The position numbers and the translations under genes were made by a program. The notes beneath the pieces are model-generated. The model was not told where the DNA came from. It saw nothing but the letters and a program-made list of their open reading frames with translations, and did not search any database. Positions 1-9,503 of a stretch of DNA of 64,000 bases are shown here, one piece after another. Origin of the DNA: an uncultured Actinomycetes bacterium (GTDB lineage Bacteria; Actinomycetota; Acidimicrobiia; Acidimicrobiales; Ilumatobacteraceae); contig CAVWGZ010000005.1 of NCBI GenBank assembly GCA_963754705.1, positions 162,161 to 226,160 on the forward strand, read 5' to 3'. Each line of letters begins with the position of its first letter. Within the stretch, counting starts at the first letter, position 1.

Positions 1-568
1 CCATCGCCAGCAGATCGTCGCCGGTGAGGAAGTGGTACTTGGCCATCTCCCCCAGCCCGCAACGCTGCTCCCGCTCGGGCAGGGTGGCCAGCGCATCGAG
101 GTCGCAGACGACGCCGTGTGGCTGCCAGAACGCTCCCACCAGGTTCTTTCCCTCGGGGAGGTTGACACCGGTCTTGCCCCCGATCGCCGCATCGACCATT
201 CCCAGCAGGCTGGTCGAGACGTGAAGGACGGCGATCCCACGGTGGTAGGAGGCGGCTGCGTAGCCGGCGACGTCGGTGACCATCCCTCCGCCGACACCGA
301 CGATCGCGTCGTTGCGGGTCATCCCCAGCCGAGCGGCGACGCGGCAGATCGCCTCGATCGTCGTGATCGTCTTGTGCTGCTCGCCGTGGCCGATCTCGAC
401 CGTCTCGAACGGCACCCCGGGATCGGCCTCGAACGGCAGGCCGGACTGGGTGACGATCAACGCCCGGCGGACGCTCGGCGGGACCAGCCCGGGCAGCTGG
501 GACACCGCGCCGTGGCCGACGACGACCTCGTAGCTGCGTTCGCCGAGCGGGACCTCGACCCGGATCAT
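1..568 (-). CDS. aroB: 3-dehydroquinate synthase, N-terminal part (runs off the left edge)
   Basis: Hand translation of the minus strand from ATG at 568 gives [20 protein letters not shown]...GVGGGMVTDVAGYAAASYHRG...IGGKTGVNLPEGKNLVGAF, which is AroB-like. There is an ATGA overlap with the aroK stop (565-568). It is absent from the ORF track because no stop lies inside the window. Confidence 0.85.
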   Translation of the reverse strand, partial: MIRVEVPLGERSYEVVVGHGAVSQLPGLVPPSVRRALIVTQSGLPFEADPGVPFETVEIGHGEQHKTITTIEAICRVAARLGMTRNDAIVGVGGGMVTDVAGYAAASYHRGIAVLHVSTSLLGMVDAAIGGKTGVNLPEGKNLVGAFWQPHGVVCDLDALATLPEREQRCGLGEMAKYHFLTGDDLLAM

Positions 569-1101
569 CGGTCGCCGCCTGTCGACAGGATCCGGGCGAG
601 CACCTCATCGGGTCCCAACCCGTCGACGTCGATCGTCCGGTCGGCGACCTCGGCGTACAACGGCGCCCGGTCGCGGTCCATCGCCGCCAACGTCCCCGCC
701 GGATCGTCGTCGAGCAACGGGCGGTGGTCCTGGGCGCCGACGCGGGCGGCGAGCAGCTCAGGGTCGGCACGGAGCCAGACCACGAACGCATCCGCGTCGC
801 GCAGGGCGCGCCGGTTGGCGGGATCGAGGACGACCCCTCCGGCGGCGGAGATCACCGCCGGCTGATCCTCGGCGAGGGCGTCGACGAGGGCGGCGGCCTC
901 GAGCTCGCGGAACGTCGCCTCGCCGTCGTCGGCGAAGATCTCGCGCACCGTCCGCCCGGTGCGGAGCTCGATCAGCTCGTCGCTGTCGACGTGGGTCCGC
1001 CCGAGTCGAGCGGCTGCCAGCCGGCCGACGGTGGTCTTGCCGGTGGCCATCAGCCCGACGAGGACGAGATGCTCGGTCTGGTCGAACTCGATCGTTCGCA
1101 T
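565..1101 (-). CDS. aroK: shikimate kinase
   Basis: The 178-aa ORF has the P-loop [12 protein letters not shown] and DSDELIE, and a typical AroK length. It is coupled to aroB. Confidence 0.9.
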   Translation of the reverse strand: MRTIEFDQTEHLVLVGLMATGKTTVGRLAAARLGRTHVDSDELIELRTGRTVREIFADDGEATFRELEAAALVDALAEDQPAVISAAGGVVLDPANRRALRDADAFVVWLRADPELLAARVGAQDHRPLLDDDPAGTLAAMDRDRAPLYAEVADRTIDVDGLGPDEVLARILSTGGDR

Positions 1102-1153
1102 CTGGCGAACCTACCCAGCGGACGCGCCGCCGGGACCGGCAGATCGTCGGCGC

Positions 1154-2873
1154 TCAGAGGTACTGGCCGGTCGCCACCCGTTCGATCGCCCGCCCACCGG
1201 CGAGCTTGTCGGAGTCGGTCTCCTTCTTGACCAGCGTGCGGATGAACACGATCCGTTCGCCCTTCTTGCCGGAGATCTTCGCCCAGTCGTCGGGGTTGGT
1301 GGTGTTCGGCAGGTCCTCGTGCTCCTTGAACTCCTGGCGGATGGAGTCGAGCAGGTCCTGGGTGCAGATGCCGCCGCGGACCGCCGGCGATGACCCGCTT
1401 GATCGCCAGCTTCTTCGCCCGCCGGACGATGTTCTCGATCATCGCCCCGGAGGAGAAGTCCTTGTAGTAGAGGACTTCCTTGTCACCGTTCTGGTAGGTG
1501 ACCTCGAGGAAGCGGTTGTCCTCGTCGTCGCGGTACATCTCGGCGACGGTCGAGTCGATCATCGACCGGATCTGCTCGTCGGCGGCGATCGGCAGTTCAT
1601 CGGTGAGGTAACGACCGAAGATCTGCCTCGCTGCGTCGCCGTTGGGACGCTCGATCTTGATCTTGACGTCGAGCCGGCCCGGCCGGAGGATCGCCGGGTC
1701 GATCAGATCCTCGCGGTTGGTCGCCCCGATCACGATCACGTTGCGCAATCCCTCGACGCCGTCGATCTCGGCGAGCAGCTGGGGCACGATCGTCGACTCC
1801 ATGTCCGACGAGATCCCCGAGCCGCGGGTGCGGAACATCGAGTCCATCTCGTCGAAGAAGACGATCACCGGCCAGCCCTCTTCGCTCTTCTCCCGTGCCC
1901 GCTGGAACACGAGCCGGATCTGGCGCTCGGTCTCACCGACGTACTTGTTGAGCAGCTCCGGGCCCTTGATGTTGATGAAGTAGCTGCGGCCCTTCTCGTC
2001 GCCGGTCTTCGCCGCGACCTTCTTCGCCAGGCTGTTGGCGACCGCCTTGGCGATCAGGGTCTTGCCGCACCCGGGCGGGCCGTAGAGCAGGATCCCCTTC
2101 GGCGCCGGCAGGCGGTGCTCGGCGAACAACTCGGCATAGAGGAACGGCAGTTCGACCGCGTCGGCGATCTGCTCGATCTGGCTGTCGAGGCCGCCGATGT
2201 CGGCGTAGGAGATGTCCGGGACCTCTTCCAGCAGCAGGTCCTCGACCTCCGGACGGGGGAGCTTCTCGAGCAGCATGCCGGTGCGGGTGTCGAGCCGGAC
2301 GGTGTCGCCGGAGCGGAGGTGGACGCCGCGCAGCACGTCGGCGAGCTCGCAGACCCGCTCCTCGTCGGCTCGGCCGACGACGACGGCACGCACGCCGTCC
2401 TCCATCAGTTCCCTGATCGTCACGACCTCGCCGACGACCTCGGCCTCGCGAGCGTGGATCACGTTGTAGCTCTCGTTGAGCACGACCTCGGCGCCGCGCT
2501 CGAGCGTCTCGTGGTCGATCTCGGGGTGGAGACTGACGCGCATCTTGCGCCCGTTGGTCTGGACGTCGACGGTGCCGTCGTCGTTCTTGCCGACGATCAT
2601 CCCGTAGGCACTCGGTGGTTGGGTGAGCTTCTCGACCTCTTCGCGCAGGTTGGCGATGTGCTCGCGCGCCTCGCGCAGGGTGTAGCTGAGCTTCTCGTTC
2701 TGGCCGACGGCCTGGGCCAGTTGGCCCTTCGTCTCCAGCAGCCGCTCCTCGAGGGCGCGGACCCGCTTGGGAGAGTCCGCCAGCTTGCGCCGCAAGGAGA
2801 GCACCTCGAGCTCCAGCAGCCGGATCTCTTCCCGCTGCTCGGTCAGCTCGGCGTCGTGCGATTCATCCGCCAC
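1154..2873 (-). pseudogene. arc: proteasome-associated AAA ATPase ARC/Mpa, one frame break near 1371-1385
   Basis: It has a coiled-coil N-terminus, Walker A GPPGCGKT and Walker [10 protein letters not shown]. After ...AIKRVIAGG the tracked ORF goes out of frame. Dropping one base restores [48 protein letters not shown]...ATGQYL*, with TGA at 1154-1156. The GTG at 2873 is preceded by GGAAGGAGG. The length of 1720 nt equals 3n+1. Confidence 0.9.
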
Positions 2874-3055
2874 TGCTGCCTCCTTCCCGAAATCGAGCGA
2901 TGTGCTCGCTCGGTGACCGCACGGGCGATCACTGTGGAAGCTACACGCACGATCGCCACGCGTAACGTCTTGCTTGTCCGTGTTTCCACCGCGATGGCCG
3001 TGTAATCTGACCCGGTCATCACCTCTCGATGCGTTCATGCGAGGAGCGACCTGAA

Positions 3056-3301
3056 ATGAAGGTCTGGATCGATCAGGATCTCTGCACCGGCGACGGTCTC
3101 TGTGAAGAGATCGCCCCGGACGTGTTCACCCTGCTTGACGACGGCTTGGCCTACGTCAAGGAGGGCGACAAGGTGTTCGCCACGGCCAAGGGCCTGCCCC
3201 AGGGCGCCGAGGGGCTCGCCGAGATCCCCGACGGGCAGCTCGACGCGGTGATCGAATCCGCCGAAGAGTGCCCCGGCGAGTGCATCTTCATCGAGCCGTA
3301 A
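3056..3301 (+). CDS. small single-cluster ferredoxin
   Basis: [24 protein letters not shown]...[10 protein letters not shown] shows a CxxGxC...CP cluster pattern. GAGGAG lies 10 nt upstream of the ATG at 3056. Confidence 0.8.
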   Translation: MKVWIDQDLCTGDGLCEEIAPDVFTLLDDGLAYVKEGDKVFATAKGLPQGAEGLAEIPDGQLDAVIESAEECPGECIFIEP

Positions 3302-3325
3302 CCGCTTCGTCTCGAACCACTGTTG

Positions 3326-3350
3326 AACGGACGCCCGATGGGCGTCCGTT
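3326..3350. terminator. bidirectional stem-loop between convergent ferredoxin and PPOX-like genes
   Basis: AACGGACGCCC-GAT-GGGCGTCCGTT forms a perfect 11-bp stem and is followed by TTTG. Confidence 0.65.
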
Positions 3351-3369
3351 TGCGCGTCCGCCGCTGGGC

Positions 3370-3900
3370 TCAGTGTGAGCTCGCGCTGAGATCGACTTCG
3401 CCGGCGGCGTCGAGCGGATGGCGGAGCACGTGCCACAGGGACATGCCGAGTGCGTAGGTGACGACCCGTGCCGGGAGCACGACCCGCAGGAAACAACCGC
3501 CGGCCAGGTCCAGCTCTCCGTGGGACGTGATCCGATCGAGCCGATGCGCGGCGGCGAGCCGGCCGATCTCGGGATCGTCGTTGGCGACGACGGCGGCCGT
3601 CGTCTGGAACTGGATGCTCGCCGGCGGACCGACCGGGAGCCGTCGCACGGCGATGCTCACGGCGGCGAGGCCGCACGCGGCGACGTTGCGGGCCTTGCGG
3701 CTGATGCGCGAGGTACTGATCAACAGTTCGTCGTCGACGAGTTGGTAGAGGACCGTCGCTGCGTGCGGGCGTCCGTCCGGCGTGACCGTGGCGAGCGTGG
3801 CGACCGAGCGTCGTTCGATCGCACGGCGCACCGAGCGCGGGTCGGGGCGGAAGATCGTCGGGTGGGCAGCGACGACGGGAACGGTGGAGGCGTGGGTCAT
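3370..3900 (-). CDS. pyridoxamine 5'-phosphate oxidase-fold (PPOX-class) protein
   Basis: VATLATVTPDGRPHAATVLYQLVDDELLISTSRISRKARN is typical of the PNPOx/F420-binding split-barrel fold. The start is taken at ATG 3900 (MTHAST). Confidence 0.65.
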   Translation of the reverse strand: MTHASTVPVVAAHPTIFRPDPRSVRRAIERRSVATLATVTPDGRPHAATVLYQLVDDELLISTSRISRKARNVAACGLAAVSIAVRRLPVGPPASIQFQTTAAVVANDDPEIGRLAAAHRLDRITSHGELDLAGGCFLRVVLPARVVTYALGMSLWHVLRHPLDAAGEVDLSASSH

Positions 3901-3935
3901 GCCGTCCACTCTCAGCCGTCGAATCGGCTGCGTCC

Positions 3936-4997
3936 ATGTCGATCCGTCCGCATTCCTGTGCCGATCGTCCCGGCCGGTGGCGTTGTGGTCGGTGCTCTGC
4001 AAACCTGACAGCTGTGCAGTCAGCCGGTGTCTCGGTGCCCGCCGTGGCCGAAGCGTTACGTCACATCACGATCACCGGCGTGTTCTACTGCCCGTCGTTC
4101 CTGAGGGAACCGTGGGGCGGGACGCTGCCACCGACACCGGGTTGCGTGTGGTTCCACGCCGTCACCACCGGGCGGTGCGAGCTGGAGGTCAGCGGGGAGC
4201 GATTCGAGCTGCACACCGGAGATCTCGCGCTCGTTCCACACGGCGCCGGTCACCGGATCCAGGCCGGGACACCGGCCGAGTACCCGTTGATCCCGGATCT
4301 TCCCCACGAGCAACACAGCGAGAACTACGCGGTGCTTCGTCATGGCGGCAACGGGCCGCTCACCGAGCTCGTCTGCGGCGGCCTTCGGCTCGAGCACCCG
4401 ATCGCCCGTCGACTCCTCGACGCCCTGCCGCCCGTGATCCACGTCCGCTCCCAGCGCCGATCGGCGCTCGGCGCCACGCTCGACGTGCTCGCCGAGGAAG
4501 CGCATCGCCACGACGTCGGTAGCGAAGCCGTGATCAGCCGCCTGTGCGACATCGTGGTGATCCAGGCGATCCGCGACTGGACGTCGAGCGCCGAAGCCGG
4601 CGGCTCACCCTGGCTGCGGGCGATGAGCGACTCGCAGCTCGGCCCGGCGCTCGCTGCGCTGCACGCCGACCCGGCCGCACCGTGGACGATCTCGACGCTG
4701 GCGGCGCAGGCGGCGATGTCGCGCTCGGCGTTCGCCGCCCGATTCAGCGAGATCCTCGGCCAGCCGGTGATCCGATATCTGTCCGATCTGCGGATGCAGC
4801 TGGCCGTCGATCTGCTCCATCGTGGCGATCGCAACGTCGCCGAGGTCGCAGCGGCCGTCGGCTACGAGTCGGACTCGTCGTTCAGTCGCGTGTTCAAGCG
4901 GCACACCGGCAGCTCCCCACGCGAGGCGCGTGCTGCCGGCCACGGTGGGTCCGAGCGACGTCGTGTCCTACCGCGTAACGATCAACCAAACAGTTGA
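3936..4997 (+). CDS. AraC-family transcriptional regulator with N-terminal cupin domain
   Basis: The C-terminal HTH pair reads TISTLAAQAAMSRSAFAARFSEILGQPVIRYLSDLRMQLA...VAEVAAAVGYESDSSFSRVFKRHTG. The start is uncertain, and GTG at 4035 or 4044 are plausible alternatives. Confidence 0.85.
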   Translation: MSIRPHSCADRPGRWRCGRCSANLTAVQSAGVSVPAVAEALRHITITGVFYCPSFLREPWGGTLPPTPGCVWFHAVTTGRCELEVSGERFELHTGDLALVPHGAGHRIQAGTPAEYPLIPDLPHEQHSENYAVLRHGGNGPLTELVCGGLRLEHPIARRLLDALPPVIHVRSQRRSALGATLDVLAEEAHRHDVGSEAVISRLCDIVVIQAIRDWTSSAEAGGSPWLRAMSDSQLGPALAALHADPAAPWTISTLAAQAAMSRSAFAARFSEILGQPVIRYLSDLRMQLAVDLLHRGDRNVAEVAAAVGYESDSSFSRVFKRHTGSSPREARAAGHGGSERRRVLPRNDQPNS

Positions 4998-5043
4998 CGA
5001 TCGCCGGTGGCCTCGGTACGGTGACCATCAACCAGACGGTTGA
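4982..5043. promoter_or_regulatory. two copies of a 16-nt inverted-repeat box upstream of arsR (candidate ArsR operator)
   Basis: TCAACCAAACAGTTGA lies at 4982-4997 and TCAACCAGACGGTTGA at 5028-5043, 16 nt before the arsR GTG at 5059. Confidence 0.4.
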
Positions 5044-5058
5044 GGGAACTGAATCGAC

Positions 5059-5448
5059 GTGAGCAGCCAGTCCACCACCGACCCGCTCGACGGAGACCAG
5101 CGCGTGTCGCGGGTGTTCGCCGCCCTCGGCGACGACACCCGACGCACCCTCGTCACCCGCCTCGCCGCAGGAGATGCCACGGTGGGCGAGTTGGCGAAGC
5201 CTTGTGCGATGTCGTTGCAGGCGGTGTCGAAACACCTCGCAGTGCTCGAATCGAGCGGTCTGGTGACCAAGACCAGAGACGGCCGCGAATGCACCGTCCA
5301 CCTCGAAGCAGAGGTGCTCGACCTGATGACCGCATGGATCGAGCGCTACCGGCGACGCGCCGAGGCGCGCTACCGCCGCCTCGACGACCTCCTCGACGAG
5401 ATCAACGATCGCCCACAGACCAACGACGACAAGGAGCAGTCAGCATGA
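5059..5448 (+). CDS. ArsR/SmtB-family transcriptional regulator
   Basis: VFAALGDDTRRTLVTRLAAGDATVGELAKPCAMSLQAVSKHLAVLESSGLV is a winged HTH. Confidence 0.85.
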   Translation: MSSQSTTDPLDGDQRVSRVFAALGDDTRRTLVTRLAAGDATVGELAKPCAMSLQAVSKHLAVLESSGLVTKTRDGRECTVHLEAEVLDLMTAWIERYRRRAEARYRRLDDLLDEINDRPQTNDDKEQSA

Positions 5449-5939
5449 CCACCCACCGGACCAGCGAAGCGACGATCGAGGCCGACCCGGCCCTGCCGAT
5501 CATCCGCATCACCCGAGACTTCCACGGCACCGTCGCCCAGCTGATGGCCGCCCACATCGACCCCGAGCTCTTCGTCCGCTGGGTCGGCCCGGACGGGCTC
5601 GAGACCAGGATCGACCGGTGGGACGCCCGAGACGGTGGTGAGTGGCGCTACACCGCCGTTGCCGATGGCACCGAGCACCGGTTCCGAGGCTGCTTCCATC
5701 AGCTCACCGACGATCGGATCGTCCAGACCTTCACCTGGGAAGGCCAACCCGACGAGGTCTCGCTCGAGACGCTGTGGTTCGAGGAGCTCGACGACGGCAC
5801 GACGCGGCTCCACGCCCAATCGCTCGTCGACAGCTTCGACGGCCGCGACGCCTGGTTGGCGTCCGGTATGGAGATCGGCGTCAACGAGGGGTACGCCAAA
5901 CTCGACGCCGTCCTCGCCGACCACGCCGCCAGGCAGTGA
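5445..5939 (+). CDS. SRPBCC / AHSA1-domain protein
   Basis: ATGA overlap with arsR. IRITRDFHGTVAQLMAAHIDPELFVRWVGPDG...FTWEG fits the family. The arsR + Aha1-like pairing is common. Confidence 0.75.
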   Translation: MTTHRTSEATIEADPALPIIRITRDFHGTVAQLMAAHIDPELFVRWVGPDGLETRIDRWDARDGGEWRYTAVADGTEHRFRGCFHQLTDDRIVQTFTWEGQPDEVSLETLWFEELDDGTTRLHAQSLVDSFDGRDAWLASGMEIGVNEGYAKLDAVLADHAARQ

Positions 5940-5950
5940 GCGACCCGCTG
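5930..5950. repeat. left copy of 21-bp perfect direct repeat CAGGCAGTGAGCGACCCGCTG
   Basis: Identical to 9504-9524. It covers the stop codon of the SRPBCC gene. Confidence 0.95.
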
Positions 5951-5985
5951 CCCGACGTCGATCGCAGGGAGCCGGTAGCTCGCTG

Positions 5986-6032
5986 CTCATAGCGGTCTCA
6001 CAGGTTCGGTTCCTAGGTTCCGCCGCTATGAG
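5986..6032. other. stem-loop just inside the left repeat (10-bp perfect stem, 27-nt loop)
   Basis: CTCATAGCGG (5986-5995) pairs with CCGCTATGAG (6023-6032). The loop contains GGTTC repeats and a CCTAGG palindrome. Confidence 0.4.
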
Positions 6033-6077
6033 TCCACAGACCATCCACTGTTCGGTCGAAGGCCGAGTGAGCCTCCG

Positions 6078-7229
6078 GTGAACATCTCCACCCGGCGCAT
6101 CGTCGCCGCTCTCGTACCTCTCGCGCTGATCGCCTCGGCGTGCGGCTCGTCCGGCGACGCCACGAGCGCATCGTCCACCGTTACCACCGAGACCACCGAG
6201 ACCACCGAGACCACCGTTTCAACCGAGACCACCGAGACGACCGGTTCCACCGAGACCACCGAGACCGCCGGTTCCACCGAGCCCGCTGCGTCGATCGGCG
6301 TCGAGCGGATGTCGCTGTTCGCCGACGGTGCGCTCACCGCCGACGCGAGCATCGTCGAGTGCACGCTCGACAACGGGAGCGAGACGACCTGTTACCAGCT
6401 CGAGGTTGCGAGTCTCCCCGACACGGTCGACACGGACGGTCCGTACTGCCCGGAGACCGTCGACGACGTCGGCGGCATCTGGGTCTGGGACGGCGACGAC
6501 CCCGGCCTGTACGCGCTCGACGCCGACTTCTGGGCGATGATGGAGGCGCAAGGCTTCGAGTTCGTCGACACCGACGGCAACATCTCGATCACCGACCCCG
6601 GCGCCGGGGCGGCTGACTCGTCGGGCACCGCCAACTCGTGTCTCGAGGCGACCGCCGACGGCTCGTACCACCTCCAGGTACTGCTGCCGACCACGCCCGA
6701 GTTGCTCGACGAGCCGACTTCGCTGTCGACGATCTCCCAGGTCGGCCTGGCACTCGACGGAGTGACGATCTTCGGCGACGCGCCGTCGGTCGCCGACCGC
6801 GGCGGCCTGCCTGCGCTCGACTCGTGCGGCGGGCACATCGACCCGTCCGGCTACTACCACTGGCACTTCGGCGCCGAGTCGATCCAGTCGAACCTCGACG
6901 AGGCGGGCGCCGAGGTGACCTGTGAGATCGAACAGGACGTCGAAGCGCTGATCGGGTTCGCCTACGACGGCTATGCGATCTACGGGCCCGAGGAGGACGC
7001 GGCGATCCCGTCCGACCTCGACGAGTGCTCGGGCCATTCGTCGGAGACCGACGAGTTCGGCGAGGCGTACCACTACCACCTCACCTACGACTCCCCGAAC
7101 CTTCCCGCCTGCCGGGTCGGTGCGACCGCGGTCGGCACGCTGACCAGCCCGGACAACCCGAATGCATCGCTGCCCAGCGGCGACGGTCCTGGCGCCGGGG
7201 GCGGCGGGCCCCCGCCGCAGGGCGGATGA
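6078..7229 (+). CDS. YHYH-domain lipoprotein with Thr/Glu-rich linker
   Basis: The lipobox is LIASAC. It carries the (TTE)n linker, GGHIDPSGYYHWHF and GEAYHYHLTY motifs, and a Gly/Pro tail. Confidence 0.75.
   Translation: MNISTRRIVAALVPLALIASACGSSGDATSASSTVTTETTETTETTVSTETTETTGSTETTETAGSTEPAASIGVERMSLFADGALTADASIVECTLDNGSETTCYQLEVASLPDTVDTDGPYCPETVDDVGGIWVWDGDDPGLYALDADFWAMMEAQGFEFVDTDGNISITDPGAGAADSSGTANSCLEATADGSYHLQVLLPTTPELLDEPTSLSTISQVGLALDGVTIFGDAPSVADRGGLPALDSCGGHIDPSGYYHWHFGAESIQSNLDEAGAEVTCEIEQDVEALIGFAYDGYAIYGPEEDAAIPSDLDECSGHSSETDEFGEAYHYHLTYDSPNLPACRVGATAVGTLTSPDNPNASLPSGDGPGAGGGGPPPQGG
6183..6281 (+). repeat. 11 tandem 9-nt units (ACCACCGAG and variants) encoding TTE/TTV/STE repeats
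   Basis: Counted unit by unit. The units are in frame with the YHYH lipoprotein. Confidence 0.9.
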
Positions 7230-7230
7230 G

Positions 7231-8375
7231 ATGAGGATCGCGACATCCCCCCCGACCTCGCCGAGCCGACGTCTGGCGATCATCGTCGCGCTGTCGGCGA
7301 CCGTGCTGGCGGTCCTCGCCGGAGCTGCGCCGGCGTCCGCCCACGACTCGACCGACGGCAGCACGGTGGTCACCATCGATGCCAGTCGGGTGATCGTCGG
7401 GGCATCGGTCGGCTTCACCGAACTCGGCTTCGTCGATACCTCGGGCGACGGAGTGCTCGATGCCGAGGAGCTCGCCGACCAGGAGGCCGGCGTGGCGTCG
7501 AGCCTCGTGTCGGTCGTTCGCGACCGGGTCGAGTTGACCGTCGACGGGGAACCGGTGGAGATCATCGGCGCCGGGGTGCAACTGCCGAGCGAGTCCAGCG
7601 CCGAAGACGCCACTGCGTCGCCGTACGTGATGCTCGCGATCGCATCCGACCGCCATGACGGCGACGTCGCCGACATCGAGCTCAGCTGGGGCTTCGACCG
7701 GCCCGTCGAGCACGGTCGTGCTCTCGTCTCCCGACGGTGCCGTGACCGGCGAGATCGGGGACGACGGCACCATCTCGTTCTCGCTCGACACCTGGTCGAG
7801 CGCAACCTCGTTCTTCGATCTCGGCATCGAGCACATCCGGTACGGGCCCGACCACCTGCTGTTCCTGCTCGTGCTCACGCTGGCGGTCGCCGGCACGACG
7901 GTTTCGACTGCGACGACGAAACGCACGTTGAAGCTGGTCACCGCGTTCACCGTCGGCCATGCGTGTCAGCCTCGGACTGGCCTACTTCGACCTGATCTCG
8001 ATCCCGACGTGGGTGGTCGAACCGGCCATCTCACTGTCGATCGTCGTCGCTGCGGTGCTCGCGATCCGCGGGCGTGCCGACGAGACCCGGCCGTGGATCG
8101 CCGCCGTCGTCGGCCTGGTCCACGGGCTCGGCTTCGCATCGAGCCTCGGCGGTCTCGGCGTCGCCACCGCGCAGCGCTTCGCCGCGCTCGCCGCGTTCAA
8201 CCTCGGCATCGACGTCGCCCAGACGGCGTTCGTCCTGCTGGTCATCGGCGCGCTGTGGGTGTGCGGTCGGCTCTTCGCCGGCCGCGTCGTCTGGGTCCGC
8301 GTCGCGGTGGCGGCGAGCGCGGCCGTGTTCGGCGTCGCCTGGACCGCGTCCCGGCTCGCCGAGCTCCCGATCTGA
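7231..8375 (+). pseudogene. HupE/UreJ-type membrane protein with secreted N-terminal domain, two frame breaks (~7705-7720, ~7955-7962)
   Basis: It has a signal peptide and the EF-hand-like loop DTSGDGVLDAEEL. After that come LGIEHIRYGPDHLLFLLVL, FTVGH and VGLVHGLGFAS, spread over three frames. Each step is +1. Confidence 0.75.
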
Positions 8376-8409
8376 GCTCCCGCTCGACATCGACGTCACA
8401 GGAGATGAC

Positions 8410-9496
8410 ATGACCCACCCGACCCGACGCAGGATCGCTCTTGCTGCCGTCGCGCTGCTCGCGCTCGCGTCCTGCGGTGGCGACGACACCGCCGACCCCG
8501 CCGTCGTGACGAACAGCGGTACGACGCCGACCGACACACAGGCGACGATCGTCGACCAGCCGGCCGACGACGACTCGAGCGGTCTCGACCCCACTGCGTT
8601 CTTCGACGGTGCGCTCACCGCCGATCCCGTGACCACGGACTGCACACTCGCCGATGGCACGCGACAGCTCGTGCTACCAGCTGACGGTGGCCGGCTTCCC
8701 GTCCACCCGCGAGACGATCGGGCCATGGTGTCCGGCGACCACGTCGGACGATGCAGCCGGGATCTGGTTCGACGGCGACGCCGTGTACGACATCGACGGA
8801 CAGTTCATCCTGGACCTGGCCGACATCTACGACGACCCGACCTGGAAGCTCTACGACGACGAGGGCAACGTCTTGTCGACCGACACCTCCGAGGAGTTCA
8901 ACGACCTCGTCACCGGTGGAGCCCAGGCCGACCCCGACGCCGGTGCGGTGAATCTCTGCGTCTACGGCGAGATCGAATGGGCCGACGGTGGCGGACCGAT
9001 CGCGGCGACGGTGGAGATCCCTGTCACCCCCGTCACCGCCGCCGGCCCGATCAGCGCAACCGGCGTCGTCGGCGTCACGCTCGACGGCGTGCTGATCGAG
9101 AGCAGCGCACCGATCGATCTCATCCTCGGCAACTACACCATCGGTGCATTCGACCCCTGCGGCGGTCACGTCAACCCGCAGGAGGGCTACCACATGCACG
9201 CCACCACCGGCTGCTCGGACTCCGCCGACGACGTCGCCGACGGCGAGACGGCGATGTTCGGCTACGCCCTCGACGGCTACGCGATCCACGCGCCGTACGT
9301 CGACGGCGCCGCACCCGCCCTCGACGAGTGCAACGGGCACGCGACGAACGAACTCGGCTACCACTACCACGCCAACCAGGTCGAGAAGAACGCAGTGCTG
9401 ACCTGCTTCAGCGGCGAGACGGCGGCGACGGGAGCCGACGGCGGTCAGCGCAGTGGGCCACCGGCGGGAGGTGCCCCTCCTGAAGCCGGCGGATGA
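8410..9496 (+). pseudogene. second YHYH-domain lipoprotein, one frame break (~8663)
   Basis: The lipobox is LALASC. CTLADGT/DSSCYQLTVAG is restored by removing one base. It also has CGGHVNPQEGYHMH and ELGYHYHAN, and is a paralog of 6078-7229. Confidence 0.7.
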
Positions 9497-9503
9497 TCGT
9501 CGA

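Noticed and set aside
1206-3005. A 599-aa plus-strand ORF covering the arc locus.
   Set aside because: It lies antisense to a clearly recognisable AAA ATPase. The sequence is Arg/Leu/Asp/Val-rich and low in complexity, with no motifs. It is a typical stop-poor shadow ORF of 70% GC DNA.
6183-6281. The tandem repeats, and the 47.7-kb hairpin pair, as possible CRISPR arrays.
   Set aside because: The 9-nt units are contiguous with no spacers and lie in frame inside a CDS. The 48-nt elements occur only twice, separated by a 15-nt gap. There are no cas genes in the window.
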